A stretch of 64,000 nt of DNA from an uncultured delta proteobacterium (GTDB taxonomy: Bacteria > Desulfobacterota > Binatia > DP-6), in assembly GCA_963815115.1 (NCBI GenBank), contig CAWFFN010000009.1, positions 1,600,001-1,664,000 of the forward strand. Direction: 5' to 3'. Of this stretch, positions 50,452-60,880 are shown in pieces. The notes beneath the pieces were generated by a model that worked only from the letters and a program-made list of their open reading frames with translations, had not been told where the DNA came from and ran no database searches. Positions within the stretch are counted from its first letter, which is position 1; every line of letters starts with the position of its first letter. Position numbers and translations under genes: made by a program.

Positions 50452-50922
50452 ATGAGCGACCAGGATTCCGCCTTCTCCGCGGAACAGGAGGACATCCTCC
50501 GGACCCTGCTCGACGTGGTCCTCCCGCCGAGCCCGGACGGCCGGCTCCCGGGGGCCGGCGGAGTCGGCCTCGTCGCGCACATCAGGCGCACCGTACAGCA
50601 GACGCCGATGCTCCGCCCCGTCGTCGAGTACGGGCTGTCCGCGCTTGCCGAGCAGGCGGCGGGCAGGAATCCGGGCGGCTGGGCGGCGCTCTCCCGGGAC
50701 GAGCGCGCCGAGGTGCTCCGGACGTTCGCGGCGGGCGATCAGTTCTTCCTGCCCGCGTTCCTGTTCCTCGCCTACTCGGGCTACTACCAGCACGAGCGCG
50801 TCGTCGAGGCGCTCGGCCTTGAGGCGCGCGCGCCGCACCCGAAGGGGTACGCGATGGAGCCGTTCGACGTCACGCTCCTCGACGCGGTCCGCCGGCGCGA
50901 CAAGATGTATCGCGACGGCTGA
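50452..50922 (+). CDS. Gluconate 2-dehydrogenase subunit 3-like partner of the GMC enzyme
   Basis: LDVVLPPSPDGRLPGAG, GYYQHERVVEALG, PHPKGY; 10 nt downstream of the GMC gene. Confidence 0.8.
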   Translation: MSDQDSAFSAEQEDILRTLLDVVLPPSPDGRLPGAGGVGLVAHIRRTVQQTPMLRPVVEYGLSALAEQAAGRNPGGWAALSRDERAEVLRTFAAGDQFFLPAFLFLAYSGYYQHERVVEALGLEARAPHPKGYAMEPFDVTLLDAVRRRDKMYRDG

Positions 50923-50932
50923 GCCGGCGGGG

Positions 50933-53900
50933 TCAGGGCACGAAGAGCCCCCGGTTGGTCGCATCGTGCCGTGCCTGCGGCCAGAACCTGGCATCGGGGT
51001 CGCCGCGGGCGCGCCAGACCCACAAGGTGCCTTCGCGCGTCGACACTGCGACCACCGGCCGGTTGCCGATCCGGCCGACCGCGGGAGTGGCGATGATCCA
51101 GCCGCCGGTGAACTTCGGCCAGCCGGGCGCCTCGGTACCCGTCGCGTCCATCGCGTGCACGAGGTAGCCGCCGCTGCCGATCACCATCTCGGCCTGGGCG
51201 TCGCCGCTCACGTCGGCGATCGCGGCGCTGCCGAAGAACACCACGTCGTCGAGCAGGCGCGGGAACGCGGGCAGGAACTGCCCCGTCGCGACGTTCCAGG
51301 CCTCCACGTGGCTGTCGTGCGGGAGCTGCTGGGCGGGGATGTTGGTGTCGGCCAGGCGACCGAATCCCGCGCCCGGCGCGACGTACACCATCGCGCCGCC
51401 CGGTCCGATGGGCGCGAAGCTGCCGGCTCCGAGCCCCGGCACCGACGGCGCGTCGCCGGACGGTGTGTCCGGACCGAATGCGGCGCCGTCGGTCGGGAGC
51501 GTCACGGGCAGCCCGTCCGGGCCCGTGCCGTAGAACGAGGAGCCGTCGGCGCGCAGGATGTACGCGGGACCGACGACGCCGAAGATGCCGACCTCGAGCG
51601 AGCCGTCGCCGTCGACGTCGGCGAGCACCGGAGAGCCGGGCACGCCCTCGATCCAGGGCAGCAGCTCGGGGGCGACGATCCCGATGCGCACCGGCCAGCC
51701 CGGCAGCTCGGGACCCGCGGGATTGCCCATCCCGAGCGGATCGGCGTTCCCGGCCGCCGGGATGGCATGCAGGCGGCCGTTGCCGCCGTCGAGCAGGCCG
51801 AGCGCCTGGAACGTGCCGATCGACGTGTTGCCGGCGGATGAGAAGTTCACCGGCTCGCGGTACTCCTCGTTGCTGCCGACCACGACGACGGGCCTGCCGT
51901 CACCCCGCAGCGCGCCGACCGCGGGTGTCGACACCAGCTTCGTCCCCTGGAGCGCGACGGCCTGTCCGCCGACGGTCTTCGGCACCACGTGGTCGCTCAC
52001 CGGATCGATCGACGCCATCTGCGTGCGATCGACCACCAGCACCGGCCATCCCGGTTGCGTGCTGCCGTCCGCGCGCCAGACGTAGACGTGGCGGTCCATG
52101 CCCGCGGCGATGATCTCGGGCCGATCGTCCCCGTCGAGGTCGGCGAGGACGGGCGCCGCGAGCAGCCCGCGCTGGAGTCGGTTGAAGCGGTCGCGCGCGC
52201 TCCGGGCGGAGAAGCGGGCCTCCGTTCGCACCGGGAACGCGGGACGCCGCGTGCCGTCCTGCTCCCAGACGTAGAGCTTGCCGGCGAGCGAGCCGGCGAC
52301 GACCTCGGTGCGCCGGTCCCCGTCGATGTCAGCGGCCGCGGCGCCGCCGCCGAACGACTCGTACCACGCCGTCGGCAGCGCGCCGCTCACGAAGGCGCGC
52401 GATCCCGTGTGCAGCGGCAGCGGGTCGGTGTGCACCGGCCAGCCCGGCAGCGAGTGTCCGTTGGCGCGCAGCGCCAGGATGGTGCCGTCGGCGGTCGGGA
52501 CGATCAGGGCCTGCCGCTTTGGCCGCCGCTCCGTGCCGAGCGGCAGCTTGCCACGCAGCCGGGCGAAGAGCGGCGACGGCTCGCCGCTGCCGCCGATGGC
52601 GAGCGGGAAGCCCCGCCTGAGGTCGTCGTCGTGGTGCAGGTAGAGGGTGCGCCGTGCCTCGCCGCGCCGGCCGCCAGCGTCGGTGACGCGGAGGCGCAGC
52701 GTCACCGTGAACGCGTCCGGCGTGTCGTCGGGCGACGGCGTCCCGCTCGGCGCCGTCTGCGGGACGCCCTCGGGATCGATCATGCAGCGCATCGCGGTAT
52801 CGCGGATCGACCACGACGCCAGCGTGCCGGGCCCGGTGGGCGCGCTCAGGCCGCTCGCCGAGGCGATCGTCGTGAAGCGGTCCTCCGTCGGCTGCACGCC
52901 GCAGCCGGCGGCGAGCTCCCAGCCGTAGCTCGCGGCGCGCGTCGCGGCGGCCGCGCCGGTGACGGTGACCACGGGCGTGCGCACGGGGTCGAGCGTCTGC
53001 CACCAGTCGGGCGCGAGCAGGTCCGCTTCCGGCGGCACCGCGTCGCTCGCCACCGCCTGCACGGCCTGACGGGCATTGGCGCGGCCGGCGCCGAAGTACT
53101 CGTCCCAGCCGGGCTGCGAGGCGTAGCGCATGGAGTCGATGCCGAACGCCGACAGGATGAAGGAGACCGTCCGGTCGCCGCTGAAGTCGATGTCGTCGGC
53201 GGTCATGGTGAGGAGCTGCGCCACCTCGTCCGCCGACAGCGGGTGCACGCCGCCGGTCGGATCGGTGCGGCGCGGCTGGAGCGTGCCGGCGTCGACCCGG
53301 TCGAGCGCCGCGGAGATGATCAATCCTGCGATGCCGGAGCCCCGGCCGGTGGCCTCCGAGGAGCACGACGAGGACTCGATCGCGACGGCGATGTTGCCGC
53401 CGTAGTTCGTGCAGCCGTTGAGATAGAGGTAGGAGTGCGGGCTCATCGTGAAGCCCGACTGGTCGGCGAACCGGGTCACCGAGTTCACCGTGATGGTGTG
53501 GCGGTCGGCGGCCGGCCAGTTGTGGTGGAAGCTCTCCTCGTCGGCCGCCGAGGCGATGACCGGCACGTCGCTCTGCCAGGCGTACTCGATGGCCGCGCGC
53601 GCGAAGGACGTGTTGTTCACCGTCCCGAGCGCCTCCTGCACGATGTGGGCGCCGCTGTCGACCGCGAAGACGACGCCCTGCGCGAAGTTGTTCGAGTCGG
53701 CGATGAAGCTGTCGCCGACGCGCACCGGCAGGACGCGGCAGTTGGGACACGTTCCGAGGTCGCCGCCGTTGTCGGCCTCCGCCGTGGAATCCTCCGCCTC
53801 GCCCGTGCCGTGGCCGTACGACACCTCGTCGAACGGGTCGTTGTCGTCGTCCAGGAAGTTCCAGCCCGCGATGTCGTCGACGTAGCCGTTGCCGTCGCCG

Positions 53901-54502
53901 TCCGTGCCGTCGCTGAAGGCGCGGATCACGTCCTGCGGGTCGAGCAGGCCGTTGCCGTTCGCGTCCTGCACCCTCGCGTCGGCGGCGTAGTCGGTGACGT
54001 CGAACACGCCGTCGTCGTTCAGGTCGTAGGGATCGGGGTTCAGGAAGGCGCCGCCGGCGGACGACTCGGGCTTGGTGTGACCCGCGGCATCACGCGGCAG
54101 CGGCAGCTCGCCGCGGTTCAGATGCACCTTGCGGGCGAGGTCGTGCATCGCGCCCGTGTCGTCCCACTTGATGCCGGAGTCGAGCACGGCGATCAGGACG
54201 TCGGGGCGGCCGGTCGTCACCTGCCAGGCCAGATCGACGCTCATCCCGCGCACGCCGAACAGCTCGGCGGCGCTCCCGTCGATCGCCGGGTCGCCGGTCT
54301 GGTCGCTGGTGAGCTTCCACTCGGCGCCGCCGGTGAAGTCGATCGGCCGCACGGGCGGCGACGTCACCGGCAGGCGGAGGTAGGACGCATAGTTCTGCGG
54401 GGGCGTGCCGGGCGGGGGCGCCGGGTACGGGAACGTGGCCTGGGCGGCGCGGGCGGCGAGGACGACCGCGATGGACGCGACGGCGAGAGCGAAGCGTGGC
54501 AT
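50933..54502 (-). CDS. Secreted S8 subtilase-like protein with FG-GAP/VCBS repeats
   Basis: Signal peptide; IAVLDSG (Asp), YGHGTG (His), SSCSSEATG (Ser region); DGDGNGYVDDIAGWNF; repeated ADLDGD...PGWP. Confidence 0.88.
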   Translation of the reverse strand: MPRFALAVASIAVVLAARAAQATFPYPAPPPGTPPQNYASYLRLPVTSPPVRPIDFTGGAEWKLTSDQTGDPAIDGSAAELFGVRGMSVDLAWQVTTGRPDVLIAVLDSGIKWDDTGAMHDLARKVHLNRGELPLPRDAAGHTKPESSAGGAFLNPDPYDLNDDGVFDVTDYAADARVQDANGNGLLDPQDVIRAFSDGTDGDGNGYVDDIAGWNFLDDDNDPFDEVSYGHGTGEAEDSTAEADNGGDLGTCPNCRVLPVRVGDSFIADSNNFAQGVVFAVDSGAHIVQEALGTVNNTSFARAAIEYAWQSDVPVIASAADEESFHHNWPAADRHTITVNSVTRFADQSGFTMSPHSYLYLNGCTNYGGNIAVAIESSSCSSEATGRGSGIAGLIISAALDRVDAGTLQPRRTDPTGGVHPLSADEVAQLLTMTADDIDFSGDRTVSFILSAFGIDSMRYASQPGWDEYFGAGRANARQAVQAVASDAVPPEADLLAPDWWQTLDPVRTPVVTVTGAAAATRAASYGWELAAGCGVQPTEDRFTTIASASGLSAPTGPGTLASWSIRDTAMRCMIDPEGVPQTAPSGTPSPDDTPDAFTVTLRLRVTDAGGRRGEARRTLYLHHDDDLRRGFPLAIGGSGEPSPLFARLRGKLPLGTERRPKRQALIVPTADGTILALRANGHSLPGWPVHTDPLPLHTGSRAFVSGALPTAWYESFGGGAAAADIDGDRRTEVVAGSLAGKLYVWEQDGTRRPAFPVRTEARFSARSARDRFNRLQRGLLAAPVLADLDGDDRPEIIAAGMDRHVYVWRADGSTQPGWPVLVVDRTQMASIDPVSDHVVPKTVGGQAVALQGTKLVSTPAVGALRGDGRPVVVVGSNEEYREPVNFSSAGNTSIGTFQALGLLDGGNGRLHAIPAAGNADPLGMGNPAGPELPGWPVRIGIVAPELLPWIEGVPGSPVLADVDGDGSLEVGIFGVVGPAYILRADGSSFYGTGPDGLPVTLPTDGAAFGPDTPSGDAPSVPGLGAGSFAPIGPGGAMVYVAPGAGFGRLADTNIPAQQLPHDSHVEAWNVATGQFLPAFPRLLDDVVFFGSAAIADVSGDAQAEMVIGSGGYLVHAMDATGTEAPGWPKFTGGWIIATPAVGRIGNRPVVAVSTREGTLWVWRARGDPDARFWPQARHDATNRGLFVP

Positions 54503-54565
54503 GCGCCGAGTCGAGCGCACTCGCCGAAAGCTGTCAATGATAATCGTGCATGGCGCGATTCGAAG

Positions 54566-55558
54566 TCACGCGGGTGCGTACCCCAGGCGCTTGTCGACGA
54601 CGTTGGCGAGCGGCCGGCCGGCGAGGAAGCGCTCCAGGTTGCCGAGGAAGATCTCGAAGGCGCGCGCGAAGAAGTCGGGCAGGTAACCCGACACGTGAGG
54701 GGTGAGGATCACGTTGTCGAGCGTCCAGTAAGGATGCTGCGCGGGCAGGGGCTCCTCGCTGAAGACGTCGAGACCCGCGCCGGCGATCGCGCCATTGCGC
54801 AGAGCGTCGATCAGCGCGGAGTCGTCGACGATCTCGCCGCGGCCGACGTTCACCAGGTAGGCGCTCGACTTCATCGCTCCGATCGCCCGGGCGTCGATCA
54901 GGTGATGCGTGTCGGGGGTGAGGGGCGTGGCCACGACGACGAAGTCGGCCCAGCCGAGGAGCGCGTGCAGATCGCCAGGCCCGACCACGGCGTCGGCGCC
55001 CTCGATGCCGAGCTCGGGCCGGCGCCGCAGGACCCGCACCCGCATGCCGAGACCGAGTCCCAGCCGCACCATCCCGAGGCCGATGGCGCCGGCGCCGAGC
55101 ACGGCGAGGTGGCTTCCCGCGAGCGGGCGGAAGCCGCCGCCGGCGGAGATCGCGGCGAAGCGGTCCCAGCGGCGCTCGGCCTTGAGGCGCTGCGCGACGT
55201 GCAGGTTGCGGGCGAGGGCGCAGAGCATGCCGAGGGCGTGCTCGGGAATGTTCACGGCGTGCAGCCCCGAGGCGTTGGTGAGCACCACGTCGCTCGCCAC
55301 CATCGCGGGGAAGAGGTTGGCCTCGACGCCGGCGGCGGCGGAGTGGATCCAGCGCAGGCGGTGCGCCCCCGCGAACAGCTCGGGCGGGAAGTGGAAGCCG
55401 AAGAAGACGTCGGCGTCGGCGAGCGCAGCGGGCAGGTCGGCTTCCTCGGTGACCCGCACGAACTCGACCTGCGGGTAGCGTGCCTGCACGGCGCGCAGGT
55501 CGTCGTCGCCGACGGTCCAGCGCACCTCCTTGATGCGGAAGTAGAGGACGACCTTCAT
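54566..55558 (-). CDS. D-2-hydroxyacid dehydrogenase
   Basis: GAGAIG, NVGRG, LDVFSEEPL, TPHVSG. Confidence 0.93.
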   Translation of the reverse strand: MKVVLYFRIKEVRWTVGDDDLRAVQARYPQVEFVRVTEEADLPAALADADVFFGFHFPPELFAGAHRLRWIHSAAAGVEANLFPAMVASDVVLTNASGLHAVNIPEHALGMLCALARNLHVAQRLKAERRWDRFAAISAGGGFRPLAGSHLAVLGAGAIGLGMVRLGLGLGMRVRVLRRRPELGIEGADAVVGPGDLHALLGWADFVVVATPLTPDTHHLIDARAIGAMKSSAYLVNVGRGEIVDDSALIDALRNGAIAGAGLDVFSEEPLPAQHPYWTLDNVILTPHVSGYLPDFFARAFEIFLGNLERFLAGRPLANVVDKRLGYAPA

Positions 55559-56004
55559 GCTCGCTCGGCCGCCTCGAGGAGCTCCGCTCGCCGGCGCGTC
55601 AGCTCGACCGCTCGCCCCTGCCAGTCGATCCCGAGATGCGCGAGCACCCGGGGATGCTGGTAGAATGCCAGGAGCACGAGCGCGCGCAGTCCGACGACCA
55701 GCGCGGCGCGCAGCCCGCCGGCGTGCTGGAAGGACTCGAGGTAGGCCCGCGCCTGATCGGTCTCGAGTGCGCTGAAACGCGACCAGCGTCCCGCGAACAG
55801 CGGCGGCCCGTACTCGAGCAGGCGCAGGCCGAGCGGGAAGGCGATGCGCATCGGGGCGGGGAGAAACGGCAGGAAGCGCTCCACCTCCTCGAGCACGTCG
55901 CCGTCGACCGGCTGATCGAAGCCGTGGCCGCGCGGCCGGATCGCGGCGATGGCGGCGCGCAGGATGCGAGCGGTGCCGGGCGATGGCGGGCGGCCGGAAG
56001 CCAT
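55555..56004 (-). CDS. Hypothetical protein (resembles small partner subunits of GMC oxidases)
   Basis: ATGA overlap with the dehydrogenase; RFSAL...LRALVLLAFYQHPRVLAHLG. Confidence 0.6.
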   Translation of the reverse strand: MASGRPPSPGTARILRAAIAAIRPRGHGFDQPVDGDVLEEVERFLPFLPAPMRIAFPLGLRLLEYGPPLFAGRWSRFSALETDQARAYLESFQHAGGLRAALVVGLRALVLLAFYQHPRVLAHLGIDWQGRAVELTRRRAELLEAAERA

Positions 56005-56085
56005 GTCGATCGTCTAGGAGAGCCGGGCGGGTCGTGCAACGGTTGCATGGCGGCGGGCGGGGTGGCTAGAAGGCAGCCGGACGAC

Positions 56086-56685
56086 ATGGCGATTCCCGCC
56101 CAGCGCCTGCAGGACCTGCTCGCCGCCGAGCGGCCCGATCGCGAAGCGATCACGGCCCATCTCGACGCCCTCGACCACGGCGGCCGCATGGAGGCGATCA
56201 CCTCGCTCGGGGGTCCGCGGGCGCAGGGACGGCTGTGGGACGCGGCGGCCGGGACCGCGCCGGTGGGGATCGCCGACCTGGTGCCGCCGGACCTGCCGCC
56301 CCTGCGCGAGATCATATTCCACGGCAAGAACTCGCTCCCCGCCTTCACGCTCTTCCAGAAGCGCTTCTGCCGGCCGCCGGCGAGCGAGCCGGCCGACCGG
56401 CTCTGGGGATACAACCACCAGGCGCTCGCATGGCTGACCGGCCCCGGCTACTTCGTCGTGCACCGCGAGGGCGACGCGCCCGCCGCCATCGACTACCGGC
56501 TCGTCCCGCCCGCTCAACCGCCGGGATGGCCGGCCGTGAAGCCGAACGACGTCGGCCTGTCTCGGTTCGTCTACCGCGACATGGTCGACTACCTGCGCAG
56601 GGTGTCGCGGCACGTGCTCATCGGCCGGGCCACACGGTACGGGAAGGAGCTGCCGAACTACTTCCTCCTCTGCCGCGAGCCCTGA
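56086..56685 (+). CDS. Conserved-looking hypothetical protein, 199 aa
   Basis: HGKNSLPAFTLFQKRFCRP, LWGYN, TGPGYFV, IDY, VDYLRRVS; GC-biased third codon positions. Confidence 0.7.
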   Translation: MAIPAQRLQDLLAAERPDREAITAHLDALDHGGRMEAITSLGGPRAQGRLWDAAAGTAPVGIADLVPPDLPPLREIIFHGKNSLPAFTLFQKRFCRPPASEPADRLWGYNHQALAWLTGPGYFVVHREGDAPAAIDYRLVPPAQPPGWPAVKPNDVGLSRFVYRDMVDYLRRVSRHVLIGRATRYGKELPNYFLLCREP

Positions 56686-56710
56686 GGTCGGCCGAGCGGA
56701 CGGACCGTCG

Positions 56711-56875
56711 ATGGCGCAGGACCCGGTCGAAAAGGATTGCTGTCGCAGGACGAGAGAGCGGTGGGAGCGCCGCATCCGGGCGTACTATGCGTCCTTCCCC
56801 GTGATCAAGGACGTGCCGTGCGATACCTGTCGCGAGATCCTCGAGATCCGGGTCTTCGACGTGCCCGTGGCCTGA
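56711..56875 (+). CDS. 54-aa Cys-motif microprotein upstream of arsS (not in the ORF track)
   Basis: Manual translation MAQDPVEKDCCRRTRERWERRIRAYYASFPVIKDVPCDTCREILEIRVFDVPVA*; fills the gap, stop 17 nt before the arsS ATG. Confidence 0.65.
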   Translation: MAQDPVEKDCCRRTRERWERRIRAYYASFPVIKDVPCDTCREILEIRVFDVPVA

Positions 56876-56892
56876 CCCGAGGCACGAGCCGG

Positions 56893-57864
<972 letters not shown>

Positions 57865-57878
57865 GGGACGGCCCGCGC

Positions 57879-58565
57879 GTGCGGCTCTCGGTCATCATGC
57901 CGGTGCTCGACGAGGCGCAGCGCATCGGGAAGCGCCTGGTCGAGCTGCGCGCGCTGTCCGGCGTCGACGAGATCGTCGTCGTCGATGGGGGGAGCCGGGA
58001 CGGTACCGCCGACGCCGCGCGCAGCGTCCCCGGCGTCCGCGTGCTGGAGGCGCCGCGGGGACGCGGACCGCAGATGAACGCGGGCGCGAGGTCGGCAAGC
58101 GGCGACGTGCTGCTCTTCCTGCACGCCGACGTCTCCCTGCCGCCGGATGCCACCACCTGGGTGGCGCGCGCCCTCGCCGAGCCCGGCGTCGTCGCGGGCG
58201 CGTTCCGCATCCGCACTCGTGCCGACGGCGGCCGCAACTGGCTCGGGCCGTTGCTCCGGCTGGCGGACGTGCGCTCGCGCATGGCGAGGCTTCCGTACGG
58301 GGACCAGGCGGTCTTCCTGCGCCGCGAAACCTTCGAGCGCGCCGGTGGCTTTCCGGATCAGCCGCTGATGGAAGACGTCGAGCTGGCGCACCGCCTGCGC
58401 CGGCTCGGCCGCATCCGCATCGTGCCGGCCGTCGTGCAGGTATCGGCTCGCCGCTTCCTGGCGCGGCCGGTGCGGACGCTGCTCGCGATGCGGTTCTTCC
58501 CGGTGCTGTACCGGCTCGGCGTGTCGCCCGAGCTCCTCGCGCGGCTCTATGGAAGCCCGCGCTAG
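57879..58565 (+). CDS. TIGR04283-type (arsenosugar-associated) GT2 glycosyltransferase
   Basis: LSVIMPVLDE, VDGGSRDGT, GRGPQMNAGA, LFLHAD, PYGDQA, PLMEDVE, SARRF. Confidence 0.88.
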   Translation: MRLSVIMPVLDEAQRIGKRLVELRALSGVDEIVVVDGGSRDGTADAARSVPGVRVLEAPRGRGPQMNAGARSASGDVLLFLHADVSLPPDATTWVARALAEPGVVAGAFRIRTRADGGRNWLGPLLRLADVRSRMARLPYGDQAVFLRRETFERAGGFPDQPLMEDVELAHRLRRLGRIRIVPAVVQVSARRFLARPVRTLLAMRFFPVLYRLGVSPELLARLYGSPR

Positions 58566-58579
58566 CCCGGCAGATGCGG

Positions 58580-58966
58580 TCAGGCCTGCGCGGCCCAGCG
58601 CTGCGCGACGGGCGGCTCGACGTGATCGCAGATCGCCCCCAAGCCGTGCTCCCCGGTCCGCACCCGAACGGCATCGTGGACGGGAAGGATCATGACCTTT
58701 CCGTCGCCGACGCGGCCGGTGCGGGCTGCGTCGCTGATGGTGTACGCGGTCGGGATCGCGTCCTCGTCGCGGACGACGATCTCGAGCTTGAGCTTCGGGT
58801 GAAGGTCAATGCTGTAGGCGGTGCCACGGTAGCGGCCAAGACGGCACGCCTGGTGACCGTGCCCCAGGACCTCGGACACCGAAATACCCTCGACACCCCG
58901 GGCGACCAGCGAATCTCGCACTGCATCCAGCTTGAACGGGGCAATGATCGCTTCCACCTTCTTCAT
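58580..58966 (-). CDS. PII family signal transduction protein (divergent GlnB/GlnK-like)
   Basis: AAGGAG RBS; MKKVEAIIAPFKLD, YRGTAY, ARTGRVGDGKV, RVRTGE; C-terminal extension. Confidence 0.88.
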   Translation of the reverse strand: MKKVEAIIAPFKLDAVRDSLVARGVEGISVSEVLGHGHQACRLGRYRGTAYSIDLHPKLKLEIVVRDEDAIPTAYTISDAARTGRVGDGKVMILPVHDAVRVRTGEHGLGAICDHVEPPVAQRWAAQA

Positions 58967-59035
58967 CGGCGGTCTCCTTCGTGACGGGCCGGGTCGCGAC
59001 CCGCGCGACCCTCGTCGACCATTCGCACGAACGTT

Positions 59036-59051
59036 CGCACGAACCATGCCG
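59036..59051 (-). promoter_or_regulatory. Putative sigma54 promoter of the PII gene
   Basis: Minus strand CGGCATGGTTCGTGCG (GG-N10-GC), about 70 nt upstream of the ATG. Confidence 0.5.
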
Positions 59052-59248
59052 GGCCCTGGCGACGGAATTCCGGGGCTCGGGAGGTCTTGATCGTGTGGAA
59101 CGTTGCGTCTTGGAGCATCGCGGCATTGCGAGGTGAGGTCCCGCAGGACGCGTGACCGGGCATGCACAGTGTCAGGTCGGAATGCTGCAAGGTGCACGAT
59201 CGCCCGGGATCGCAGCCGAGAACGCGCCGGAAAATGGGCTCGTCGCAC

Positions 59249-59264
59249 TGGCACGGACGATGCT
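59249..59264 (+). promoter_or_regulatory. Putative sigma54 promoter of the response regulator
   Basis: TGGCACGGACGATGCT (GG-N10-GC), 36 nt before the ATG at 59301. Confidence 0.6.
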
Positions 59265-59300
59265 CACGGGCACAATGCCGATCGATGAGGTCCGTGGGAG

Positions 59301-60842
59301 ATGCAGCCCCGCGCGATCCCGTGGATAGAGACGCCTGCGTGCGACGCGGGGCTCCGCGGACGTCCCTCGGACGGCCGCTCGCGCGCGGCGGTCCTGATCG
59401 TCGATGACGAGGCAGACGTCCGGACGCAGCTCGCCGCCTCCCTCGATCGATACGGATGCGCGGTCGAGACCGCCGTGGACCTGCCGACCGCGCTCCGCTC
59501 ACTTGCGCTGCGGGCGTTCGACGTCGTCTTCGCAGACGTCCGCGTGGCGGGCATGGACGACGTCGCGCTGCTGAAGCAGGTGCGCGAGCGCCGTCCCGAT
59601 GCGGCCGTGGTGCCGATGACGGCGCACGCGACCGTCCCCCAGGCGGTGCACGCGATGCAGGCCGGTGCGTGCGACTATCTCGTGAAGCCGCTGGCCCCGG
59701 AGCTCGTCGAGCCCCTCCTGAGGCGCATCCTCGGGGTGAAGGCACCGTGCCCGGAAGAGCGTGCCGTCGGCGAAGCCCTCGAGTCGCTACGGATCCTGGA
59801 ATCGGCAACTCCGGCGATGCAGAGGGCGATCGCCACCGCGCGGCAGGTCGCGGCCTCCGACGTGCCCGTGCTCGTCACGGGCGAGAGCGGCACCGGCAAG
59901 AACGCGCTGGCGACCTACATCCATGCCTCGAGCCCCCGACGCCGGGAACCGTTCGCTACCATGTCCTGCACGGCCCTCGCCGATCATCTCGCCGAAGGCG
60001 AGTTCCTCGGGCAGGTGCAGGCCGCCTTCATCGATGCACGCAAGAACATGCCCGGCCCACCGGAGGAGGCAGGACTTCGCGGGACGCTCTTCCTCGACGA
60101 GGTGGGTGACGTCCCGCGGCAGGTCCAGGGAACGCTCCTCCGCTTCCTCGCCGAGCAGCGCTCCCCGCGCGTCGGGGCCGCCGACAGCATCGCGGTGGGT
60201 GCACGCGTCATTGCGGCCACGAACCGTGATCTGGAGGCGGAGGTGTCGGCCGGCCGTTTCCGAGAGGATCTCCTCTTCCGGCTGAACGTGGTCACGATCG
60301 CGTTGCCGCCCCTGCGCGAGCGACCGGAGGACCTCCTGGCGCTCACCGACCACGTCCTCACGCGGCTCGCTGCCCGCTACCACCGGGGTCCGGTCCGGCT
60401 CGCTCCCGAGGTCCGACTGATCCTCGCCGCCCACCGATGGCCGGGAAACGCGCGTGAGCTCGTGAACGTGCTCGAGCGGGCCCTGGTGCTGTCGCGTGGG
60501 GACACGATCACCCGGGAGGACCTACCCGACCGGTTGCTCGCGGGCTCGACGCCCGATGACGCCGACACAGCCCTCACGATGCTCTCGCTCGAGGAGCTCG
60601 AGCGCCGCCACATCGAGCGCGTGCTCGCGGACTCCGGGACGCTCGAGGAGGCCGCCGCCCGTCTCGGCATCAACCCGACGACCCTCTGGCGAAAGCGCAA
60701 GCGGTACCGCCTGCGGACCGCTGCAACTCCGGACCCCCCTCACGCCCGGACGAGCGGCCACCGCCGCCCGCGGCAAGGACCGCGACCCGACCGGGACCCG
60801 ACCAATCCGGGTGCCGACTCGGATGACGGATCGCTCCCCTAG
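59301..60842 (+). CDS. NtrC/AlgB-type response regulator (REC-AAA+-HTH) with a degenerate GAFTGA loop
   Basis: LIVDDE, FADVRVAGMD, Walker A GESGTGKN, Walker B FLDEVG, IAATNRDL, FREDLLFRL, WPGNAREL, HTH AAARLGINPTTLWRKRK. Confidence 0.9.
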   Translation: MQPRAIPWIETPACDAGLRGRPSDGRSRAAVLIVDDEADVRTQLAASLDRYGCAVETAVDLPTALRSLALRAFDVVFADVRVAGMDDVALLKQVRERRPDAAVVPMTAHATVPQAVHAMQAGACDYLVKPLAPELVEPLLRRILGVKAPCPEERAVGEALESLRILESATPAMQRAIATARQVAASDVPVLVTGESGTGKNALATYIHASSPRRREPFATMSCTALADHLAEGEFLGQVQAAFIDARKNMPGPPEEAGLRGTLFLDEVGDVPRQVQGTLLRFLAEQRSPRVGAADSIAVGARVIAATNRDLEAEVSAGRFREDLLFRLNVVTIALPPLRERPEDLLALTDHVLTRLAARYHRGPVRLAPEVRLILAAHRWPGNARELVNVLERALVLSRGDTITREDLPDRLLAGSTPDDADTALTMLSLEELERRHIERVLADSGTLEEAAARLGINPTTLWRKRKRYRLRTAATPDPPHARTSGHRRPRQGPRPDRDPTNPGADSDDGSLP

Positions 60843-60880
60843 AGCGGTCGGTCCAGGTCGCGACGGAGGCGAGGAATCCG

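Noticed and set aside
51989-55663. 1224-aa plus-strand ORF (and many other long Arg/Ala/Pro-rich ORFs in the track)
   Set aside because: Antisense or alternate-frame shadows of clear genes (S8 peptidase, 2-hydroxyacid dehydrogenase); expected in ~70% GC DNA and lacking recognisable motifs.
56660-56685. 199-aa hypothetical ends in LLCREP, similar to CREF
   Set aside because: No signal peptide, TSP3 repeat or other motifs of the CREF domain, and no terminal Phe; treated as coincidence.
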